Shown here piece by piece: positions 41,852 to 54,376 of a stretch of 64,000 nucleotides of DNA. The stretch comes from Eledone cirrhosa (taxonomy: Eukaryota). Location: the NCBI GenBank assembly GCA_964016885.1, contig OZ024742.1, forward strand, positions 230,950,001-231,014,000. The letters are read 5' to 3'. Within the stretch, counting starts at the first letter, position 1. Each line of letters starts with the position of its first letter. The position numbers and the translations under genes are program-made. The notes under the pieces are model-generated. The model searched no databases and was not told the origin of the DNA. It was given only the letters and a program-made list of their open reading frames with translations.

Positions 41852-41855
<4 letters not shown>
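41137..41855 (-). mobile_element. Retrozyme/pLTR-like element: two tandem hammerheads (41347-41390, 41643-41687) and an ~82-bp inverted terminus
   Basis: (a)guca CUGAAGA g-gucaca..ugugac GAAAG (aa/ga) CU(U/A) ugac(u) occurs twice, 297 nt apart. 41137-41218 is the reverse complement of 41774-41855. Hairpin at 41730-41773; (TA)n flanks. Confidence 0.85.
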
Positions 41856-41893
<38 letters not shown>

Positions 41894-41979
41894 ATAATAA
41901 TAGTAGTAAAAATAAATTTGAAGACTAAAATCCATAGAGGGCTCGATAAGGATAAAAATATATCAAATATATAAGAACC

Positions 41980-42032
<53 letters not shown>

Positions 42033-42778
42033 CTTTTCCTGGGTCCTGTATTTTCGTTGCTCTGGTAGTGCGGCTGGACTGCCGACTGCTATATCTGATT
42101 TGCTAAGCTGTCTGAACGTAATGTTATTACTCTGGGGTCTTACCTCATCCGAGTGCTAAAGCTACAGACCGATTATGCATATACGCTAGCTTGGCCGTAT
42201 ACTAAAGCTTCGTCAATGGTGTACTAAAATTTATATATATATATATATATATATATGATGCCTGCAAACTTTGCTAAGAGTATTGAAATCGCTTGTCAGA
42301 TTACAGAAAATGGTGCACTTTTGGGCTACGGCCAGCCACACTAACCTGTAACATATCCTGAACAAGCAATGCCTGTGCTTTGAAGGTTTTTTAAGTGGGA
42401 AAAGGCCTTGCACTCGACCAATCCCACTCTCTGAGCATCAAAAACACTACCTGAAAAGGAGACTGGTCAACATCATCGGATGCTTCCGAAGCCGCAGGTT
42501 TTTTTTTCAGAGTTTCCCTCTCCTAGAAAGGTGATGTGACAACAACTGGGGGCTTTTCACTCCAAGGTGGAAGAACAAAAGTACTATTTGGATGGCCGTT
42601 GACTCTACTGAGTTCCTTCGCCCTTCGCTGGGTCTTGAATTTCATCCCGCAGGGTGTCCAAATATCACCCTCCTCACTAAGCAAGCTTGGTGAGGTTGCC
42701 AGTTTAGTCGCCGGCGACCAGATCGTGAGACAGGTTGTACTGGGTTACATGTTACCAATAGCACCCGAGAACGACCTG

Positions 42779-42857
<79 letters not shown>

Positions 42858-42891
42858 TATATATATGCATATATATGTGTATATATATGTA

Positions 42892-42924
<33 letters not shown>

Positions 42925-43060
42925 TGTATATACATATATATATATATACATAGTTTGCAAGATTTAGCATTCTGGAGCCACTTTTCACTGTATATAAGGT
43001 AGAAAATTTACCCATCTCATTACAGTTAAAAATTGCAAACTTGACTGTCACCACATATTA

Positions 43061-43099
43061 TGAACCTGAAGATTGCGAAAGCATGAAAGTACTTGTTCA
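43061..43099 (+). ncRNA. Minimal type I hammerhead
   Basis: ugaac CUGAAGA uugc-GAAA-gcau GAAAG ua CUU guuca; 5-bp stem I, GNRA-capped stem II, palindromic stem III AGUACU. Confidence 0.8.
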
Positions 43100-43780
43100 A
43101 TTAACACTTAGAATTTAATATTCTATCATACTATTTAATTATAATACCATTATAAATTTTAAAGGATTGTAAATAAAACGAGTAAATCAAAGTTGGAATT
43201 CCTCTTATTAATACATATATATATATACACATATCATATACATGTATATGTATATATATATATGTGTGTGTGTATGTGTGTGTATGTGTGTGTATGTGTG
43301 TGCGTGTGTGTGTGTGTGTATAAATACATACATACATACATACATGTATACATGTATGTGTAAAAAGTAAACAGAAATAACAAAGGAAACAACACAATAC
43401 AATGAAGAAATATATTAGTTTAACGCTTGAAATAATAGGAAAAGAGACTTCACATTTTCGGACTCTACTCCTTCATCAGAAGTTAGAATGAGAAATAAAA
43501 GGTGAAATAGAAAGATAGTAAGAAGAAAGAACGGAAAAAAGGAAGAAAAAAAAAACACATTTTGGAGATATGTGTACATACATACACATATACTCACGTC
43601 AAATAATCCCGGTTTGTGTGTATTTGCAGTTTATACTACGCAAAGGGCAAATAATCAAACACTGCTAATCTCATGTTATGCAGTGTCAATAGACGAGCGC
43701 AGCTTAAAGATGACATTGCATTAGAACACAGGCACTCATATATACACACACACACATGCACATACACACATACATACATA

Positions 43781-44008
<228 letters not shown>

Positions 44009-44789
44009 TACATTCATACATATATATATATATGAGTGTGCGTGTGTCTAAGGATTTGTGAGTGTATGTATATATATATAAGCGTATATACGTATGTTAT
44101 GTGTGCGTATGTACATATGTGCGTGTGTCTTCTTTCACGAACGACTAAAGACAATATGTATAGGCTAGAGTGGCTAGGTAGATAGGTAGATGCTTCAGCC
44201 TTTGATTCGCATGATTTGCATTACAAACTACCAACAACAACAACAACAACAACAACAACACTAGGCTTTGACTCCAATAAACAATGTTCTATATACTATA
44301 TACTACAACTGTGTACTGTGGTTGGCTGATTGCCGGCAGTTAAAAACCGCTGTCCATTTTATAGTGGAACATGTCGGATCACGTGCCACCGGAAATGAGT
44401 TGGCGATCAATTTCCGTCGCCATTCGTGTTTCTAACAGACCTCTACCGGTCTACACGAATTGATTAGTGTCGCAAGTAATTGAGAATGCAAGCAATGTCT
44501 TAAATTGAAAAATTCAATATAACAATTATATATCTGAAGTTCTTGCTGTCTTCTGAACACTTCTTTTGTGTAGCGTTTAGCAGCATATCTGTTGTTCAGG
44601 AAACTAAGTTAATTCTGAACAAAACTAGCTCCTTCGTTACCTAACCTTATCCTACCCCAACGTGCCGTCACCTATCCTTCTCGTCGTTCTACCCTCCCAC
44701 CATTCTATAACGTCTTTATTATCACCATTGTTACACCAACTAATATAACTATTAAACTATTCTTTTTATTTCTCCTGTTACTAATGATA

Positions 44790-44982
44790 ATAATTGTTTC
44801 TACTTTTGGCACAAGGCCAGCAATTATCTCAGTGTATTACTGGTACTTTATTTTATCGACCCCATAAGGATGAAAGGCAAGGTTAACCTTGGCGGGATTT
44901 TGAACTCAGAATGGCAAGGGCCGTAACTCTTTGCTGCAAAGCATGGCGTCAGACCCTCTACCGATACTGCCAATCCACCGCC
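44790..44982 (-). mobile_element. SINE family 1, full-length copy
   Basis: Reverse complement of 7471-7696. Confidence 0.88.
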
Positions 44983-45142
44983 CTAAATACTTTAAATTTT
45001 AGATAAAGAAGATTGAAACCCTACCTCCAATCTATACATACACAACGCATGCATAGGTGCACTATTACTCAGACGGACACAATGATAATAAAAACAATAA
45101 AATAATGATATAATATAATAATAACAATAAAAATAATAATAA

Positions 45143-45196
<54 letters not shown>

Positions 45197-45856
45197 CACT
45201 AACACAGCGTGCATACTACGAATTGCCCTCTCTATCTAAATTGTACTATATACACTTCATATATATTGAACTCCTTTATATATTTATATATATATCCAAA
45301 ATTAAGATAAATCAAAGTGAATTTAATCTAAATCAAAATTATGGGTGTCATGCCAGAAAGGCATGCGCCATATCACCCGTAAAATAAGCTCCAAGATTCT
45401 AATGAATAAGTCCGAGCATTTTATAACAACTAGAAATTGATTAACATATAAATAAACATATGAAACAATCCCAGGGGATAACTTTTACAAGTGTGTATGC
45501 ACACATAGCTAAGTAGGTAACTAAATAAAGTTAACTAGAACTTCAAAAATATATACCTCATAACATGATTAATCTTCCCTGTATATATTCCATTAAAGAA
45601 ATATATTCCACCAATTAATCGAATGGTAAACCACGGAGGCCGATACTTGGATTTTCAACAAGGAAGAAGTCCAGCCGTCTGTGTTTACGCATTAAGTTCA
45701 AATCAGCGACTGGCCAGTAACACGTGCTGTATCTACTAAAAAATACACACATCATACCAGCTTACACACTTGTAAAAGTTATCCCCTGTGATTGTTTCAT
45801 ATGTTTATTTATACGTTAATCAATTTCTAGTTGTTATATATATATATATATACAAA

Positions 45857-46773
45857 ACATAAACAGTGAAAGCCTTAAGCGATACTCTGACCAACTCCAT
45901 CTCACTCAACAAACATTAGGATATACCTAAGTATTTTCCCAATTTAGTGTTTGGGGTGCTAACTAATCGGTATTTCGTGGTTGTATTATTTTATATGAGA
46001 CACTATTAAATAAATAAATATCTCTTTCCTTCCAGACGGCCGTTTCGTTATAAGATTTCTACAATTTGGTATAAATAATTTCCAGGTTATGTAGAAACTT
46101 GTATATAATCCATAGTTTTATACACAAGCGGGCTCTTATAAACTCATCAGTGGATGCCCAAATAATATCGATATAAGAATTATATCGATATTAATAGATT
46201 AGTGATGGTCTCCCTCAGCGCTAAGAAGAGACTGGTAGATTAGAAAATCCAGCAGTCCTCCCAAAGATAAAATACACGCTGTCCCCAAGAGGGTAAGGGA
46301 GGTCATTTTAAAATAAAACAATATACACGCTGGTCATTTAAACCTGTTAGGTATTAACCACGTGTATAAGAACTCAATTGGATATTAAAAGAATAACTAT
46401 ATGTATACACAATAAATGCACACATAGAGATATTAAAACATAATAAATACATGTATGGATCACCCATATACACATACAGCTATTCTCTAAGGCTAAATCA
46501 GACATGGGATACAAGGAAGATCAATCAGTATTTCATATAAAAATAGTAATAATAAAGAGAGGCATACCTTATATCTGGAAATCATATCTGGTCACCAAGA
46601 GTATATATTCAATACATAAACAGAGAAAGCCTTAAGCGATACTCTGACCAACTCCATCTCACTCAACAAACATTAGGATATACCTAAGTATTATCCCAAT
46701 TTATTGTCTGGGGTGCTAACTAATCAGTATTTCGTGGATAGCTGGTTGTATTATTTTATATGAGACATTATTA
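45857..46773 (-). mobile_element. pLTR-like unit with ~150-bp direct repeats (45857-46009, 46614-46773) enclosing the 46031 hammerhead
   Basis: AAAGCCTTAAGCGATACTCTGACCAACTCC...GAGACA is repeated with a period of 757 bp. Confidence 0.75.
46031..46154 (-). ncRNA. Type I hammerhead with a ~97-nt multibranched stem II
   Basis: ucca CUGAUGA guuuauaaga...ucuuauaac GAAAC ggcc GUC ugga; intact core, GUC site, palindrome ACGGCCGU. Internal helices cuuguguauaa/uuauauacaag and uuucuaca/uguagaaa. Confidence 0.88.
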
Positions 46774-46784
46774 TATAGCTGGTT

Positions 46785-46922
46785 CGGACGCCATGCTTTA
46801 CGATCTGAGTTCAAATCCCGCCGAGGTTGACTTTGCCTTTCATTCTTACGGGGTCGATAAAATAAAGTACCAGTAATGCACTGGGTAATTGTTGGCCTTG
46901 TGCCTAAAGTAGAAACAATTAT
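46785..46922 (+). mobile_element. SINE family 1, 5'-truncated, with target-site duplication
   Basis: TSD ATTATTATATAGCTGGTT at ~46767-46784 and ~46918-46935. Confidence 0.85.
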
Positions 46923-46956
46923 TATATAGCTGGTTGTATTATTTTATATGAGACAT

Positions 46957-47052
<96 letters not shown>

Positions 47053-47095
47053 ATATATTAATAAATGGAAACTATATTTATAAAACCATATTTAT

Positions 47096-47155
47096 TTTAT
47101 TATACATATTTCAAGGGCAACCAAGGCAAATTGTGGTGCGCTTTCATCAGATAAA
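47096..47155 (-). ncRNA. Type I hammerhead, family A copy
   Basis: Homologous to 15053-15112. Confidence 0.78.
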
Positions 47156-47279
47156 ATACAGATTTGTTTTATAAATAAATATTGACATACCCGGAAAAAA
47201 GTGTGTATATGTATATATATGTGTGTGTGTGTGTGTACGTATATATATATATATATACACACACAGACACACACACACC

Positions 47280-47372
<93 letters not shown>

Positions 47373-47547
47373 GATAACAAGTTATCGTTATAGGTAATCC
47401 AGTTAGAGGTTGTGAGTACTCTGCGTCGTGGATAGTTTTAACGTAGTTATGCAGCGAGTTCACGGTAATTCGTATGCAGGTTGTACTTGGAGTAATAATA
47501 GTGAAAGAATGACGGGTAACATGGTTACAATAAGGGGCTTTATTTAA

Positions 47548-47660
47548 AGTACTGACAATTGTTTCGTTGATCAGGTGGGTCGAGAGTTCGCTAATCGCTT
47601 GAGGTTGTATCATTCGATCTCCAATACATTATTTACCTCTGGTCAACACATCAGAGTACT
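47548..47660 (-). ncRNA. pLTR hammerhead (CUGAUGU variant, long stem II)
   Basis: aguacu CUGAUGU guugaccag...cugaucaac GAAAC aauu GUC aguacu, then AAUAAA. Confidence 0.78.
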
Positions 47661-48291
47661 AGTTATGAAAGTAATTCACTCGAGGCAAGACTTATATAGA
47701 AAAATAGCGTATAATCAAAACAATAACATCAATAATAAAATACCGTATAATCAAAACAATAACATCAATAATAAAACATGTATGGTAAATAGGTAGAGAA
47801 GTTAAAGATGTAAAAATTAAAAAGTAAAATATAAGATAGGGTACATTAAAAAATAAGAAAATGAGAAAATGAAAAATATAAAGAAATAAATTTGTGAGAG
47901 CGTGTAAGTACATAGTAAGTGTTCTTATAAGGATTCGTTGGTGGGTTTAGTGCTAACATGGGAAACCAGATTCGAGATGTACATAGATACGTGTAGAGGT
48001 CAGATAAAAGAAAAGAAAAGAAATTAGAGATTAATTGGTGGATACATGTATGATATTTATGGGCTAGGTATGACGGGACATTTGATAAACGCGTGTTGTA
48101 AATGTTTTGCTGATTGTTCTGTCTTAATGGGGGTTGATGCTGTTTCAGGGAGAGAGGGTGAAAGAAGTGTTCAGAGATTTATGATCCAGTGACCAGTTGG
48201 CCGTTTAGTAGCTAATAGCAATGCGATGGTGTGTATTATATATGTTAAAATCTGGGTGGTTCAGTACTAATTTTGGGATTGCTGGTTCAAA

Positions 48292-49990
48292 TCATGGTGG
48301 TTTGAAGTTTGTGAATCTAGTAGCTATTTTATGTCTACAAAAAATAGATCTTTCTATTTTGCTGTTAGGCAGCATCCCATCATACCTTAAAATATGTAGT
48401 AGTTCTAAATTACAAAACCCACAGCGGGACATATCGTTGCTGTAGGCTTTTGCTACCGATAATTTTGACCAACTAATTTTATATTCTAGGGTTTTGTCCT
48501 TAAGCTGCCAGATTTTATTGGCGAGCGTCGTAGAGTTCTCCAGTGCACGGTTCTTCGTGGAGTGTCTGTGGACGTACCACCTTTTCTTGAACTCTCCAGC
48601 CGTGGAACCTATGTAGTGCCAAGTAGAATTGCCTGAATTCACAGTACACAGGTATACCATACTCGAATCCAGGCATCTATTCCGTAGTGGGCACTTATCC
48701 GGTAGGCGGCAATTACAATTTGAGGTTTTATTTTGTGCAGGGTCATCGTTGCGGCTTTGTAAGTTGTTGTGGGTGGGTTGTGATTTAGGCCTATTAATGT
48801 TTTGTTGTGATGCGTTCTGGTGCGTTTGTGGTTGTGATATTGCTAAGTGTTTGTGTTTTGTATTTGTGCTATGGTGTGTGTTGGTAGGTTAATTTCTTTA
48901 GAGATATTTTTGTAGTTGATCTTACGTATGTGCGATTCTATGTTGGCTGCAGTAGAGTAGGAAAGTTTTATAGTTTTTCTATTGAAGATTTTATGTAGTA
49001 TTTGTGTAGTGTAGCGAAGTGCTTATCTATTAGTTTAAGGAATGTAGAAGTAGTTTAGTTTTTATAGAAGAGTTGAATATTGGATTTAACTATAGGTACT
49101 TTCTATCTCTGGATCTTCTATAGTTTTGGGGGGTCCTTATATTAGTGTTCTGTTCAGTTATTTTTGGTGCTCGTTGTTTAATTCTATGCTTAGTCCTATG
49201 CTTGTTATTTCTATATGAGCGGATATTGTTGTTGTCGTTAGGTTTGTTGTTGTTGTCTCTTTCTAGTATGTATTCCAGCTTCTCCTTATGTCCAGCCTTA
49301 TGTAAAGCTATGTTATAATAGTTTGCGTGTTCGTTAAAAATGTCTAGGTTCGAAGATAGGCGGGATATTCTGAGGGATATACTATGTACTATGGAGTTAA
49401 TTATGGATCGGGGGTGGTTTGAGTTATAACTAATGTAGGCTAGATTTTCGTTATTCTTATGGAAGGGCTCTATTAATCCTGTGTTTAGGTCGAGAGATAC
49501 ATCTAAGAAATTTGCTTTTTTAGAGTTAAGTTCGAAAGTGATACCTAGGCCTAGTTTTTGAAGAATACTCTAATGTTTTTTCGTAATCTTTCCATGTTCT
49601 GATTATTTAAGTTTTTGGCTAGAAGGAGTGTATCGTCTCTGTAAATTCCTCCTTGGAGGTTATTGAATTTCTTATGTAAGTTGTGCGCTATATATATTCC
49701 AACCAAGTCCGTTACCTGCACTGAGTCATTAGATCTCATTGTGATATCGAAGCTATTCTGTCTGTTTTTTCGTCCCCAGTAACTATTTTCGAATCTAATG
49801 ATAGTCCTTCTAGCAGCTAGTATTATTTTAATTTCGTCCGAGGTAAGGTCCGAATTTTTCTGGGCCAAGGATAGCGGGTGACTGGGGATATGGATGAGTA
49901 GTAGTCATTAATGTCGAATTGTACGGAGTTAGATGTTTCTCTACTGTTTATTTTGCTGAAGCAGTCTATTGCTTCGTTAGTGTTAGCCTA
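48292..49990 (-). pseudogene. PLE ORF (YRDD-type RT and GIY-YIG endonuclease), frameshifted
   Basis: ORFs 49551-49868 and 48292-48660 plus intervening recognisable frames (KIFNRKTIKLSYS). Confidence 0.9.
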
Positions 49991-50474
49991 TAGCTTAATT
50001 ACTGTCTTCAAATTGCATCCCTGAAACAGCATCAACCCCATTAAGATAGAACAATCAGCAAAACATTTACAGCAAGCGTTTATCAAAGGTGCCGTCATCC
50101 CTAGCCCATAAATATCATACATGTATCCCCCAATTAATCTCTAATCTATTGTCTTTTCTTTTATCGAACCCTCTACACCTATCTATGTACATCTCGAATC
50201 TGGTTTCCCATGTTAGCACTAAACCCACCAACGAATCCTTATAAGAACACTTACTATGTACTTTCACGCTCTCACAAATTTATTTCTTTATATTTTTCAT
50301 TTTTTCTCATTTTCTTATTTTTTAATGTGCCCTATCTTATATTTTACTTTTTACTTTTTACATCTGTAACTTCTCTACCTATTTACGATACATGTTTTAT
50401 TATTGATGTTATTGTTTTGATTATACGGTATTTTTCTATATAAGTCTTGCCTCGAGTGAATTACTTTCATAACT

Positions 50475-50587
50475 AGTACTCTGATGTGTGGACCAGAGGT
50501 AAATAATGTATTGGAGATCGAGTGACGCAACTTCAAGCGATTGGCGAACTCTAGACCCACCTGATCAACGAAACAATTGTCAGTACT
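50475..50587 (+). ncRNA. pLTR hammerhead, inverted copy
   Basis: Same motif as 47548-47660 on the plus strand; AATAAA at 50591. Confidence 0.78.
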
Positions 50588-50648
50588 TTAAATAAAGCCC
50601 TTATTGTACAGCCAACCATGTTACCCTTCATTCTTTAACTATGCATAC

Positions 50649-50758
<110 letters not shown>

Positions 50759-51039
50759 GTATAGTTAAAGAATGAAGGGTAACGCGATTGGCTGTACAAT
50801 ATGGTTGACGATATTTTTAATCGATTCCCACGTGCTATTGGAAATGCTGGGTAAATATTCTATGGCTGTTGATCGCGAATAGATAGCTATCGTTTATTTA
50901 TCTATTATTTCTTCATGGGTGTCTTTTAATCTTATAGCCTGGTTTAATTGGTTTTTTTGTGTGGTTGATTATGCTGATTGGGAGAGGAAATGGTGTATAT
51001 ATTTTATCAAATGATTCTATGGACATACTTTATTGTATA

Positions 51040-51120
<81 letters not shown>

Positions 51121-51266
51121 TTTGAGTATATGTTGGTTGTATACCAACACCTCAGTATGCAGGCTGGAGCACTCGACGAAGTGCGCAGGTTCGTTTGGTT
51201 ACTCCGGAGTAATGTAAAATAAAGTTAAATAAAAAGTCAAATGTTTAAAATTTAGCTTCGTTTATT

Positions 51267-51321
51267 ACTGCTATATATGTTTCAGTGACAGCCATCTTTG
51301 GCTGTGACCTCATCAGGCAGT
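51267..51321 (-). ncRNA. Type I hammerhead, family C
   Basis: acugc CUGAUGA ggucacagcca-aaga-uggcugucacu GAAAC auau AUA gcagu AAUAAA. Confidence 0.82.
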
Positions 51322-51686
51322 CCGAATTAGTGTGGTATAGACAAGTACATATGTTGTTGAGGTGTATAATTTTGTCAATACTCTGATGTGCCCAGTTCCT
51401 GGTTGGGTTGTTATTTAACTGAGGAACTGGAATCATATGAATTCAAACAAACGAATTTCAGTGTCAAAGGGCCTCTTCTCCTCTCATTGGTCAGTTGTTA
51501 GAACATTCCTTATTCTAAGTGTTGTTATTGTTGGAGTTAGCTTAAAAAATTGATAAAGTGGTAGAAGGGACAAGGTGTTAAAGGAACAAAATAACAAAAA
51601 AAGTGTCAAACTTCCCATTGGTCAGTTCTGAGAGCATTCCTCAGTCAGAAGTCTATAGAATTCTTTCTGGGGTGAGGCTCCCTGTA

Positions 51687-51766
<80 letters not shown>

Positions 51767-51768
<2 letters not shown>

Positions 51769-52783
51769 TTTCTTTATTGGGCACAAGGGCTGACATCAAG
51801 AAAAACATCACAGACGGAACAGGACGGTACGATGTGGGTTTTGTGCGTGTAAATATGTTTATTATTTATATAAGAAAAGAAAAAAAAGACATAAAACATA
51901 TATATATATAAACAATAAAATGAAAATTGAAACAATGAAAAATTCCCCAATAGGGCTAAACCTCCGAGGGTTACTCGTGGCGAAAACAACACAAAAGACC
52001 ACGGCCACCCTGACTACCAGGGCAAGCGCCCTCTCTCAATTTTTCCATCTCTCAAACTACAGGCGTATATTCAGAGTGGTCCCGTTCACTCGGACCATTC
52101 TCGCTACATTCACCCACCTTTCAACAAACTTGCTAGAAGGCAGCACTTGCCTCTCCACCCTGATGTTCCTCTTCAAGTGAAACTTGAAAAAGTTAATCAG
52201 GGATTCGCCGAAGAGGAAAGTGTTTGTCTTTAATCCTTTTAACCTTGACCCCCACACAATCTCTTTCGCCATGTCCACCAGGCAGATGAAAACCGCCTGC
52301 CCTTCCTCCTCGAAGGAAGACGGCGAGACCATCTGCACAATGGACTCAGTCGACAACCGGATCAGTCCCACACGCGACAGCAACTGTTCGACATAGCTCC
52401 ACAAGTCAGCAATGCTCGGGCACTGAACGAGTGTGTGCACAACGGTTGCGTCGCTATGCGCACATCTCGGACAGGCTCGGCTGACGGCACTTCCGTGCCT
52501 GTAGAGCTTATCTCGAACCGCCAGCGTTCCCCGGTAGCACTGCCAGGCCAGGGATTTTTGGAAGTTATCCATAGGCCCCGGGCTGAAAGTTCTCCGGAAG
52601 AGAGCAAACAGCTGATCTTCTTCGACGCCCAGGATCTCTCCGAGAATGTGTCGCTCTTCCCCTCCACTAGTCCTCTATAGAACGCCGAGGTGGATGTTCC
52701 ACCGATACTGGTGCCCAACTGGGAGAGGGCAGTGAGCGCCTGGAGACATTCCAGTTTCCAAGAATTTTCTTCGGTCTTTTCAG

Positions 52784-52784
<1 letters not shown>
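51767..52784 (-). mobile_element. Tx1/L1-like LINE 3' fragment (C-terminal CCHC zinc knuckle + 3' UTR) inserted in (AAT)n
   Basis: KSLAWQCYRGTLAVRDKL..CPRCAHSDATVVHTLVQCPSIADLW (zf-RVT-type motif). Ends AATAAAGAAATC(ATT)n; (AAT)n on both sides (51688-51766, 52785-52838). Confidence 0.85.
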
Positions 52785-52838
<54 letters not shown>

Positions 52839-52974
52839 TTCAAAAGGCATGCTTGCTGGGAACAGCAAGAACCCTCCGATACGTCTTGAATATCTGAGGC
52901 TGCAGGTAGTGGCTTGATATTCATTTCAACAAACTTTCCAGTTAACTAACATCAATGACTGAGACTCAAAGAAC

Positions 52975-53023
<49 letters not shown>

Positions 53024-53049
53024 GCCAAGAATTTTTTCGAGGGGGAGGG

Positions 53050-53396
53050 GGGGGGGGGCTGATAATATTCACTCCAGTATTTCACTTGTACATTATTTCA
53101 TCGACCTCGAATGGGAATGTTAACCTCAGAGGGATTTCAACTAAAAACGTAAAGAGCTTGAATAAAGAAAATTTGCTAAGCATTTGTCCAACACTCTAAC
53201 GACTCTGCCAATCCACCGGCTTATGGTAATAATTGTTTCGACTTTAGGCACAAGGCCAGCAATTACCCAGTGCATTACTGGTACTTTATTTTATCGACCC
53301 CGTAAGGATGAAAGGCAAAGTCAACCTCGGCGGGATTTGAACTCAGATCGTAAAGGGACGTAACTATGCTGGAAAGCATGGCGTCCGACCCTCTAC
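53050..53396 (-). mobile_element. Two tandem SINE family 1 copies
   Basis: Reverse-complement core GGTACTTTATTTTATCGACCCCGTAAGGATGAAAGGCAAAGTCAACCTCGGCGGGATTTGAACTC. Confidence 0.85.
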
Positions 53397-54169
53397 TTAA
53401 ATGAAGATTTATAATTTAGGCACAAGGCAAGCAATTTTAAAGACATCAAGGCTTTATTCAAGCCATATCTATGAAATATGGATAGAAAAAAGTAAAAAGA
53501 TAAGCGAAAATATCAATACGGACACATTTACGAATATACAAAATCTATAGTAAACCAGGACAAATTCCCGAAAATTTAAATAGAACATGACAGAAAGATT
53601 GCATGGCTGCATGAATGGTCCCGTAACTCCTGGGAGAGTTGTAGGGGTGCCGTATTGATATACAGAGTTTCTAAGGCATTTTATAAAGCCTGGCGTATCC
53701 CGATCCTCTCCAGGTGTCAATACTGTAGATTTCTTCCAGAGAAGGAAAGAGAGAGTGAGAGAATGGAAGTGAGAAAGTGACATAAAGGAAGAATCGACCC
53801 CAGTATCAGACTGGTACGTTTTTATCGATCTCAAATGGATGAAAGGCAAAATTGATCTCAACACGATTTGAACTCCGAGAGCAGAGAGTCGAAGCGAATA
53901 CTGCAAAGCCTTCTAGCCGACGTTCTAACAACTTTGCCAATTCACCGCCTATATAGAAAGATTATCACACTTAAAACGTAACCAAATTACAGATTACACA
54001 TAAAAGTATAACATACTACAAACCAATGAAAGCAATCACAAGAGAGAAACAAGAGAGACAACCACATATAAAGAATGAGCCCTCAAAACAGTGAAAGTGT
54101 GAGAAAGCCTAGCACAAAAGCAACAAACAAGGCATTACATGAAATTTAAATAAAAATGAACTAAAATGG

Positions 54170-54322
54170 TTTTATGGTTAAGGAGTTTGCTTTTCAACTA
54201 CGTGATGTAGGATTCCGTCCTGCAGCGCCATACCTTGGGCGAGTGTCTTCTGTTATAGCCTTGGGTCGAACCAATGCCTTGTGGGTGGTATTTGGTAGAT
54301 GAAAACTGCAGAGACCCGTCGT
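54170..54322 (+). mobile_element. tRNA-headed SINE family 3
   Basis: GGTTAAGGAG..CCTTGGGCGAGTGTCTTCT..TATAGCC..GCCTTGTG.GTG..ATTTGGTAGA; decayed minus-strand relatives near 4550-4710, 10990-11100 and 55290-55450. Confidence 0.65.
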
Positions 54323-54342
54323 AAATAAATAAATATATATAT

Positions 54343-54376
<34 letters not shown>

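Larger units (their letters stand above)
47500..50640 (-). mobile_element. 5'-truncated Penelope-like element (RT + GIY-YIG) with an inverted pLTR copy
   Basis: RT: FDITMRSNDSVQVTDLVGIY...GIYRDD...NFLDVSLDL...SNHP. Endonuclease: CNCRLPDKCPLRNRCLDSSMVY...YIGSTAGEFKKRWYVH...CGFCNLE...CRHK. 47500-48150 is the reverse complement of 50019-50640. Confidence 0.93.
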
